Source: a virus. From it: DNA of 64,000 nt. Made by a program: the position numbers and the translations under genes. A model generated the notes under the pieces. The model saw nothing but the letters and a program-made list of their open reading frames with translations, made no database searches and was not told the DNA's origin. The stretch spans positions 1-64,000 of IMG/VR virus record IMGVR_UViG_3300042562_001017; one strand, 5' to 3'. Positions 56,493 to 64,000 of this stretch are shown here, piece after piece (the stretch's first letter is position 1; each line of letters opens with the position of its first letter).

Positions 56493-59400
56493 ATGCCATT
56501 TACTAAAAATCAAAATGGAGAATTAGTTTATGTTGAAAGTGCTTCTCCAATAAATGCACAACTAGAGAACATAAGAGGTGTAGACTTAAGAAAATACGAA
56601 CCTTATATAGGAGGTGAATCTGAATATATTAAAGGACCATATGACCAAAAAAGTTGGAATGATGAAAGAGCAGAAGGTCAATCATCTATATCTAAAATAG
56701 GTAATACTTTAGGTCAAGGATTAGGTACTTTCTTAACTGCAACTTTAAGTACTGCTGGTACATTAGCAGGAGCAGGTGCTGGAGCAATAGGTCAAATAGG
56801 TGATGCTATAACTGGTGAAGATAATACTGATTTTATGGATACAATGTTAAACAATCCATTAAATCAAAGTATTAGTGAGTTAGATAAATACATTAAAGAA
56901 GATTTGCTTCCTACATATTATACTCAAGAACAACAAGAAAGTTTAATAAGTGCAGCTACAGGTACAGAACTAGTTAACGGTTTAGGTTTTATGTTATCTG
57001 CAATGATACCTGGAGCAGGTATTACCAAAGCTTTAGGTGGAATAAGTAAGTTAGGTACAATGGCTAAACTTGGTACATTAGAAGCTAATGTTGCTAAATC
57101 AATAGCTATGGGTGCTATGAAAGCTGAAACTGGTCAAGTCGCATTAGCTTTAGGTAAATTTATGTCTAAAGTTCCTTCTGTTACTGGAGCAGTTGTAGGT
57201 AGAATTGGTGAATCAGCAATGGAAGCTAATCAAACTTATGAGTCATTAATTGCAGAAGGAATTGATGAAGAAACTGCTAAAAGACAAAGAGATAATGTTT
57301 TTTATGGTAACATGGCTTTAGCTGTAAGTGACGTTGCTCAGTACACAAGATGGTTTAAACCAAATCCTTTTGAACGTATTATAAAAAATACTGCTGAAAA
57401 AGGAATAGGTTATGCAGTAAAACAAGTTGGTAAAAAAGAAGCTATATCAGAAATATTAAAAGAATCTAGTCAAGAAGCAGGTGAAGAAGGTATTCAATTC
57501 CTTTTACAAAAAGGTGCAGAAAAAGCAGCTAAAGAACCTGGAAAATATAGTTTTGGTACTGGAGTATTAGGTTCTATGAATGAATTGTTTACAACAGTAG
57601 AAGGTCAAAAGTCTATGTTGCTTGGAGCAGTTCTTGGTGGAGGTGTAGGAACTATATTAAAAGGAGTAAACTCTAAACAAGTTAATGCTCAATTGCAATC
57701 TACTGTTGATGAGTTAAATGCTAATCCTACTTTTAGTAGTGAAAAATTTATTAAAAATACTGAAGGTAAATATATTTTAAATCCTGAGTTTGTAAAAGCT
57801 CAAACTGTATATGCTAATTTAGAAACTAAACGTGAAGAAGCTATTGCTAAAGGAGATTTAGAATCTGCTGAATTAATTGATAAACTTCAATTTAATAATT
57901 TAGTTGCTTCAAGAGTACAAGCTAATAAATTTGATGATTTAATTGAAGAGTTAGAAGTAATGGGTAAAGCTACTGATGTTGAATTAGAACAATATTTTGG
58001 TCAAGTACCTACTGATAAACAAGGTAATAAAATGTCAGCTTCACAAATAGCAACTACTAAAATTGAAGAAGCTAAAGCATTAAAAAGAAATATTGAATCT
58101 TTAAGGTTAATTCCTCAATTTCAAAATTTATCTACTCCAGCATTTAATTTATTAACTGAAACTACTATACGTCAAGATGCTATTAATAGACAAATTCAAG
58201 ATGTAGATAAACAATTATCTAATATTGCTCCTGATTTTACAACAGGAGAATTAACTCCACCTAATAAAGTTAGGTTAGACAGTTTAACTGAAACTAGAAA
58301 AGCTTTAGTTGACCAATACACTAGTTTAAATAAAACTCTTGAACTTTTTACAGCTAAACCTGAAAAATTAGAAAAGAAAGCAGATGAAATTGCTGAAAAA
58401 ACTAATAAAGCTTTTGAGAAAAAAATAGATGATGAGATTAAAACATCTATTGAAGCAGATGAAGTTATAGAAAATGGAATAAAAAACGGTACACCTATTA
58501 TTATTAAGAATGCTGATGGAACTACTAAAACAGTTACCTATCAAGATGGAAATTATGTTGAGCAAGACGGTATATTTGTAGAAGAAATTGAAGTTAAGCA
58601 AGGAGTTATTAATGAACTTAATGAACAAAATAGTGCTGACGTTATAGATAATGATATAGATGATGTAGAAGAAAGTACTATTAACTATAGTATTAAAAAA
58701 CCAAACATTCATTCTTCTTCAATTCAAGGTCATAACTTTAAGAAAAATAGTGATGGAACTATTGATAGAACAGAAAAGCAAAAAGAAACTACTGTTGCAG
58801 GTAAAATTATATATCAATTAAATGGATTGTTTAAAAGATTTATAGAGTATTCTTCTAAAGCTTTAAATACACCTTTAGTTAGAAAAGCTACTTCAGAACC
58901 AACTATTTATAGTTTTGTAGCTACTATTGGAGAAGTTACAGATGAAGAATTAAATTCTATAAATAGTGATAGAGCATTCTTTGCTAAAGAAAATAATGTA
59001 AGTTTACCTCCAGTAACTAGAGAAGACTTAATGTCAAATCCTGCATTTATTCCAATAAGTTTACAATTACAAGCTAATGGTAAAAATGTTGGTGGTGCTG
59101 TTACTCGTATGCATAATCCTGATTACATATACAGAACTCAAGAGTTTGATGCTATTATGGAAAATGAAAATATTGTTGATAAACAAGGAGCTATTGATAG
59201 TTTGTTAGAACAATATACTACTTATAGAAAACAATTAATTGATAAAATTAAAACAGGTCAAAAAGTAAATTTACTTGTTGATACTAAATCTGGAGGAATA
59301 ATGAATGTTACTCCTATGATTGATGGTAAAATGCAAGTTAATCCTATTACTGATACTTTTAAACATATTAATGAATATGAATCTGGACTTTATGTAGATA

Positions 59401-61136
59401 ATGTACAACTAATGCCTAATGGTATAGGTGTTGTAACAGAAATTGATGAAAAAGGAAATGGTATTATTGAGTTTTCTAATGGTAATAAAGGAATTGTAGC
59501 TAATGCTAATTTAGGAGAAATGATATTTCAAACTATTGATGCTGGAGCTAACATAGTTAACATTAGAGCTTTATCTAAAAATAAATTATCAGACGAACAA
59601 CTTAACAATTTAGTAGATTTAATATATTATAAACTATCAACAGGAGAAAATACTATAACTGTTAATGGTAAAGAGCAAACTATAGTTGGTAATCAATCTG
59701 TTGGTAGAGGTATAGTAGATAGTTTAATTCTAATTGCAGCTAGACAAAATAAAGAAAAACAGATATTCTTTAAAAAGAATGGAAGTTTAGTTGTTGGTAG
59801 AAAAGAATTTACTTTTGAAAATAGTCCTGAAGTTGTTAAACAAGCTATATATGAAACATTATTGGCTGGTAATAATGAAGTTAACTTTAAAAAAGATATA
59901 AAACCTGATTCTGATTTTATGCTTCCTGCATTGATTGATGGAGAATGGAAAGGTAAAACTACAACATATAATGATTATATTTTTGGTGGAGAAAATCCTT
60001 TAATTGGAACTTTTGTAGATAGTGAAACTCCATTTATTAATAGTTACTATGGTTATAAAATGGATGAAAACGGATATGTTACTGACCCAATTGAAGAAAC
60101 AAAACCTGAACCTATATATGTTATAGATGTTGATTTTGATGATGAAGGAAGAGCTATGCCTACATATAGTACTGAACCAGAAGTTAAAGTTGTTACAGAT
60201 GCTAAAGCTGATATAGAAAGAAGAAGGCAAGAAGAATTAAATAAAGAAACTCCCATAAAAAACGAAAATATAACTGTAAATGATGGGACAAATAATTTAA
60301 TATTTAAAATTATAACTTATAAAGATGGAAGTACACTAGTTAGGCACATAAAGACAAATGAAACTACAGCAGATAACGCAAGTAAAAATTTCCAAAGTTA
60401 CCCCACATTAGAAGATTTTCAAAATTTACTTAAATATGATTTTGATGAAAATGCAAAAATTATAAAGACAGAACTTGTAAAGGATGATTATACTGATAAA
60501 CAATCACAAGACATTAAAGCTGCTAAAGAAAAAACAATCAATGCTAAATATGATGCAGAACTAGCTGCTTTAGAAAGTAAAGTTGTAACACCTGTACAAA
60601 AAACTAATATAGAAAAAAGAATTAACGATACTATATCAAAAGTATTTGGGTCTGAATCTTTATTTAATTTTGATACAAATCAACCAGGTAAAATTGTTGA
60701 AGGTGAATTTATACCTGATAATTTAGGTTCTCAAATATTTGAGGCTATGAATAAAACTCTTAAAGGTGAAGTAGTACAAACAAATAAAATAGAAGCTGGA
60801 AAATTATTTAAAGAATACGCTAAAACTGTACATCCTGATAAAAATACACAATCTGAAGAACGTCAAATTATAGCTGAAGCATTTTTTAAAGCAATGCAAA
60901 CAGCTAAAGAACAAGGAAGAGTTGATATATTAAATGAATTAAAAACTAAATTTGATACAGAACTAGCAGCTTTAGAAAGTAAACCTGAAACAGTTGACAA
61001 TTCTGAAATTATTAAGATTCAAGAAGATATGAAACAAGATGCAGATGAATCTATTAGTGATTGTAATGGAAAAACTCCTGCTTTACCTGATGGTAAAAAT
61101 TTAAGTGGAAAAGCAAATAAATACAAAAAGAAATAA
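56493..61136 (+). CDS. Large cargo/ejection protein with hydrophobic Gly-rich helices and C-terminal variable cassettes
   Basis: 1547 aa; ESAMEA, EAGEEGIQ, LGAVLGGG; J-domain-like insert. Confidence 0.7.
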   Translation: MPFTKNQNGELVYVESASPINAQLENIRGVDLRKYEPYIGGESEYIKGPYDQKSWNDERAEGQSSISKIGNTLGQGLGTFLTATLSTAGTLAGAGAGAIGQIGDAITGEDNTDFMDTMLNNPLNQSISELDKYIKEDLLPTYYTQEQQESLISAATGTELVNGLGFMLSAMIPGAGITKALGGISKLGTMAKLGTLEANVAKSIAMGAMKAETGQVALALGKFMSKVPSVTGAVVGRIGESAMEANQTYESLIAEGIDEETAKRQRDNVFYGNMALAVSDVAQYTRWFKPNPFERIIKNTAEKGIGYAVKQVGKKEAISEILKESSQEAGEEGIQFLLQKGAEKAAKEPGKYSFGTGVLGSMNELFTTVEGQKSMLLGAVLGGGVGTILKGVNSKQVNAQLQSTVDELNANPTFSSEKFIKNTEGKYILNPEFVKAQTVYANLETKREEAIAKGDLESAELIDKLQFNNLVASRVQANKFDDLIEELEVMGKATDVELEQYFGQVPTDKQGNKMSASQIATTKIEEAKALKRNIESLRLIPQFQNLSTPAFNLLTETTIRQDAINRQIQDVDKQLSNIAPDFTTGELTPPNKVRLDSLTETRKALVDQYTSLNKTLELFTAKPEKLEKKADEIAEKTNKAFEKKIDDEIKTSIEADEVIENGIKNGTPIIIKNADGTTKTVTYQDGNYVEQDGIFVEEIEVKQGVINELNEQNSADVIDNDIDDVEESTINYSIKKPNIHSSSIQGHNFKKNSDGTIDRTEKQKETTVAGKIIYQLNGLFKRFIEYSSKALNTPLVRKATSEPTIYSFVATIGEVTDEELNSINSDRAFFAKENNVSLPPVTREDLMSNPAFIPISLQLQANGKNVGGAVTRMHNPDYIYRTQEFDAIMENENIVDKQGAIDSLLEQYTTYRKQLIDKIKTGQKVNLLVDTKSGGIMNVTPMIDGKMQVNPITDTFKHINEYESGLYVDNVQLMPNGIGVVTEIDEKGNGIIEFSNGNKGIVANANLGEMIFQTIDAGANIVNIRALSKNKLSDEQLNNLVDLIYYKLSTGENTITVNGKEQTIVGNQSVGRGIVDSLILIAARQNKEKQIFFKKNGSLVVGRKEFTFENSPEVVKQAIYETLLAGNNEVNFKKDIKPDSDFMLPALIDGEWKGKTTTYNDYIFGGENPLIGTFVDSETPFINSYYGYKMDENGYVTDPIEETKPEPIYVIDVDFDDEGRAMPTYSTEPEVKVVTDAKADIERRRQEELNKETPIKNENITVNDGTNNLIFKIITYKDGSTLVRHIKTNETTADNASKNFQSYPTLEDFQNLLKYDFDENAKIIKTELVKDDYTDKQSQDIKAAKEKTINAKYDAELAALESKVVTPVQKTNIEKRINDTISKVFGSESLFNFDTNQPGKIVEGEFIPDNLGSQIFEAMNKTLKGEVVQTNKIEAGKLFKEYAKTVHPDKNTQSEERQIIAEAFFKAMQTAKEQGRVDILNELKTKFDTELAALESKPETVDNSEIIKIQEDMKQDADESISDCNGKTPALPDGKNLSGKANKYKKK
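60544..60983 (+). repeat. 38-bp direct repeat pair (3 mismatches) encoding K(Y/F)DxELAALESK
   Basis: Copies at 60544-60581 and 60946-60983. Confidence 0.8.
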
Positions 61137-61151
61137 TTATCTTTGTATCGT

Positions 61152-64000
61152 ATGTCAAAATCTTGTATAGACCCAAACTTACCTCAAGTGAGGCAGTTTG
61201 TAAAAAAAATGCAACCTACATTTAGCAGTTTTCTAAATGATACTCAAATAGTAGGTTTATTAAACAATTGGTTAGATGATAATCAAACTTCATCATTTCC
61301 TACTGCGGAAGAACTAATTGCGTTTTATTATAAAAAAACAGAGTCTGTACCTGACATAGAGAATATTTTAGATATACTCCAATCATTATATTTTGAGTGG
61401 ATAATGGATTTTTCTGAATCTCCAGTTATTACTCGTAAAATTATTAATGAATATAGTGCTGATGTATTAGAAACTTTGCCTCAATTTTTGAGAGATGAAG
61501 GAATGAATCACATTGCTGATAACTTTAAAGAATACATTCAGTTATTAAATGCTACTAGATTTCAACATCTTTCTGTTCCTATTGATGATAGTTTTGATGA
61601 AGATTCTAATTCTAAAGATAAGATAGGAGAGTTTTCTTCTAACATGGTTGATTTAATGGCTAGAGGTTCTGATGAAGTTCAGTATCTTTTTGCTTCATTA
61701 AAAAGTGATGAAATGACTTATGGTTTAGCTAGACCAATAAATTCTAATTATGTATGGGGAGTTGTTAGTAATTTATTAGCTAATAGCGTTAGTTATCCTG
61801 AAGGCATACAAATATTACAAGCAAATTCTTATAAATATCCTTTTATTAATCAAATTTTAGATAGATTAGGTGTTAATGGTAATGATATAGCTTATTCATC
61901 TTTACAAGATTCATTTGCTGAATCATTTAACAAAGCTAATTATGATATAACTGTTGCACAAGTTGGTGAAAAACAATCATACAGTGAAGTTGATATGAAA
62001 ACTAAAAATAGTTTAATCAATCAATTTAAATCTAATTTTAGAACTTCTAAATATGCTAAAAAATTAAGTGGTAAAACTGTAGTTAATTATGAAGCTATTA
62101 AAGATATGTTAGTAGATAAACCTACTTCAGAACAAAGTCTAGCTTTATTAAATGCAATGGGTATTCCTTTAACAGAATTGCCTTCTTATTTAGAATTACC
62201 TGCTAGTTATATAATGGCGTTTGTTAAAAAACATCCTAATATTGAATGGTTAGATGAAGGTTTTGGTAGAGATACTGAAAGAGGTAATTTAGATAAAATA
62301 TTAAGTTATTTAGTTAGCAAAGAAAAAGAAGTAATTAGAACTTCTGTTAGAAATGCAGAAGGAGAAACTATCAATACTAACTCTAATCATAATTATTTTA
62401 GTAGATTATTTAATGGTTTAAAAAGTCTTACTAAAAGAAATTTATTTGAAAATATGTTAGTTAGTGCATTAAAACCTAATATATCTTCAGGATTAAAAGA
62501 ACGTAATGGAAGTGAATCTAAAAACTTTAACAAGTTAACTTTAGGTGAAATTTATCTTACTAAGATAAACAACATGTTTAGTTCAGAACCTTCTATAAAT
62601 ATTCCAGTTACTTCAGATAAAACATTAGTTAGAAGTTTAAAATTTACTAAACCTCTTAGCGGTAATCAAGAAGAATATTATAATGGTTATATGGCTTATA
62701 CTGCTATTGGACCTAAATTATATACTAGATTATTTGAAGCTTATCAAAGAGATACAGTTAGTAATTTTCATCCTGATTGGAAATATGGTGCAGAAAACCC
62801 TATTGATTTTTGGCATGGTAGAGGAGAAGTTGAAGGTGTGTTAGGAATTGTAACTAAACCTTTAAATAAAGAAGAATTTAAAACTGCTTTTCAAAAATGG
62901 TTAGCTTTTCAACAAGGTGAGTTAAAAAAATCATTAGTTTCTAGCGGAGCAATTGTAATGGAAAACGGTAATCCTATTCCTAAATTTGTTATGCCTAAAA
63001 TTAGTGAACCTAATTTTATAACTAAATTAAATACTACATTAGATTTAATTAATTTTAATGAGTTTTTATTTGGTGTAGAAATTACTCAAGAAATGTATGG
63101 TTCAATGGTAGCTGTTAAACCTGATAACTTTTTTAAACGTAATGCTGGAGGTGTAGCTGAAGGTAGACAAGTTAGAGTTGATGCTGCTAGAGATACTATT
63201 GTTCAAAACGATAGGTCTAATCTTCCTATTCCTATGAATTATCCTATTAATAAAATTAAAGTAATGATTCATGCTGAAACTATGGCTTCGTCTAATGATG
63301 AAGATTTAAAAAAGTTTCATCCTGGATATAGAGATGATGCTATTAATGTAGATGATGCTCAAGGTACTATGCCTTTAGAAATATATAGAGAAGTTTTAAG
63401 TAGAGCTTCTCAATGGAGTGATGCTCAAGAACAAGCTTTTCAAAAATTAATAAAAGGTCAAAAATTAGGAAAAGAATATAAAGGTATATTTCCTCCTATA
63501 AAACCTGTAGGTTATTCTTTAGTTACTGTTAAAGGTAAAAACGGAATAGAATATAAAGTTCCTGTATATATTAAGACTTCGGTTTACCCTATATTTCAAA
63601 GTGATGTTGTTGGAACATTAAATGAAGATAAGTATAATTTAATGAGAGAAAAAGGTATAGGATTAGTTATACCTAAAAGCGGAATTAAAATGGCTAACCC
63701 TAAAGAGTTACGTGATTTATTTAAAGATGGAACTATAGATTTTAATGAATCTGCAATTGTAGATTTTCCTATGGAAGATTTTAGAATTCAGTTAGACATT
63801 AATCAAAAAACAAGTTCTCGTCAATTACAAGGAACTCAGCAACGTAAGTTAGTTTATATGGATTTGTTTGAGAATGGAGAAGCTACTGACCCTCAATACA
63901 AACAATGGTTAGACGAAAATATTGAAACATTAAAAGAAATTTCTAAAATTGAAGAAGATAAATTAAATGATAAAGCTGGTATAGTTAACGGAGAAATAAC
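61152..64000 (+). CDS. Giant virion RNA polymerase, 5' part (runs off the right edge)
   Basis: Not in the ORF track; MSKSCIDPNLPQV... with later segments NVDDAQG, FPPIKPV, YIKTS, GTQQRKL recalled from crAss vRNAPs; TATCTTTG promoter at 61138; catalytic DxDxD not seen within the window. Confidence 0.75.
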   Translation, partial: MSKSCIDPNLPQVRQFVKKMQPTFSSFLNDTQIVGLLNNWLDDNQTSSFPTAEELIAFYYKKTESVPDIENILDILQSLYFEWIMDFSESPVITRKIINEYSADVLETLPQFLRDEGMNHIADNFKEYIQLLNATRFQHLSVPIDDSFDEDSNSKDKIGEFSSNMVDLMARGSDEVQYLFASLKSDEMTYGLARPINSNYVWGVVSNLLANSVSYPEGIQILQANSYKYPFINQILDRLGVNGNDIAYSSLQDSFAESFNKANYDITVAQVGEKQSYSEVDMKTKNSLINQFKSNFRTSKYAKKLSGKTVVNYEAIKDMLVDKPTSEQSLALLNAMGIPLTELPSYLELPASYIMAFVKKHPNIEWLDEGFGRDTERGNLDKILSYLVSKEKEVIRTSVRNAEGETINTNSNHNYFSRLFNGLKSLTKRNLFENMLVSALKPNISSGLKERNGSESKNFNKLTLGEIYLTKINNMFSSEPSINIPVTSDKTLVRSLKFTKPLSGNQEEYYNGYMAYTAIGPKLYTRLFEAYQRDTVSNFHPDWKYGAENPIDFWHGRGEVEGVLGIVTKPLNKEEFKTAFQKWLAFQQGELKKSLVSSGAIVMENGNPIPKFVMPKISEPNFITKLNTTLDLINFNEFLFGVEITQEMYGSMVAVKPDNFFKRNAGGVAEGRQVRVDAARDTIVQNDRSNLPIPMNYPINKIKVMIHAETMASSNDEDLKKFHPGYRDDAINVDDAQGTMPLEIYREVLSRASQWSDAQEQAFQKLIKGQKLGKEYKGIFPPIKPVGYSLVTVKGKNGIEYKVPVYIKTSVYPIFQSDVVGTLNEDKYNLMREKGIGLVIPKSGIKMANPKELRDLFKDGTIDFNESAIVDFPMEDFRIQLDINQKTSSRQLQGTQQRKLVYMDLFENGEATDPQYKQWLDENIETLKEISKIEEDKLNDKAGIVNGEI

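Noticed and set aside
473-60256. Short antisense ORFs in the track (e.g. 473..715, 5717..5938, 16434..16646, 32687..32962, 39308..39577, 42627..42875, 58368..58712) and nested 8736..8948
   Set aside because: They lie inside or opposite well-supported genes, with low-complexity translations typical of shadow ORFs.
1-64000. Stop-codon reassignment, as in some crAss lineages
   Set aside because: Long genes are intact in code 11; TAG ends portal and MCP, TGA ends several genes, and no suppressor tRNA is visible.
1-64000. CRISPR array, DGR/reverse transcriptase, integrase
   Set aside because: No repeat-spacer arrays, RT motifs or recombinase motifs were seen.

Overview
This is 64 kb of an AT-rich crAss-like (Crassvirales-type) phage genome in the standard genetic code. 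Bacteroidota-type TAnnTTTG promoters point to a Bacteroidota host. The left arm (1-19212, minus strand) holds early and replication genes: PolB, SF2 and DnaB helicases, primase, a RecT-like annealing protein, SSB-like proteins, a DnaA domain IV-like protein, a spore photoproduct lyase-like radical SAM enzyme and two clusters of structured non-coding sequence. After a non-coding strand switch (19213-19656), the right arm (+ strand) runs RepL-like, GroES-like, HU/IHF-like, terminase, portal, scaffold, major capsid, tRNA-CAT, ring/hub/fibre genes, an HNH nuclease, a lysis cassette, muzzle, cargo proteins and the 5' part of the virion RNA polymerase. Most notable: (1) an apparently complete phage-encoded ubiquitin-like conjugation operon, Ubl-E2-JAB-E1 (226-3775); (2) a PAS domain fused to a holin-like 2-TM module directly upstream of the endolysin (42253-43471); (3) a tRNA-shaped RNA with a 47-nt structured insert in place of the anticodon loop; (4) a J-domain cassette inside a cargo protein. 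All calls come from motif recognition and synteny by eye; no database searches were run.
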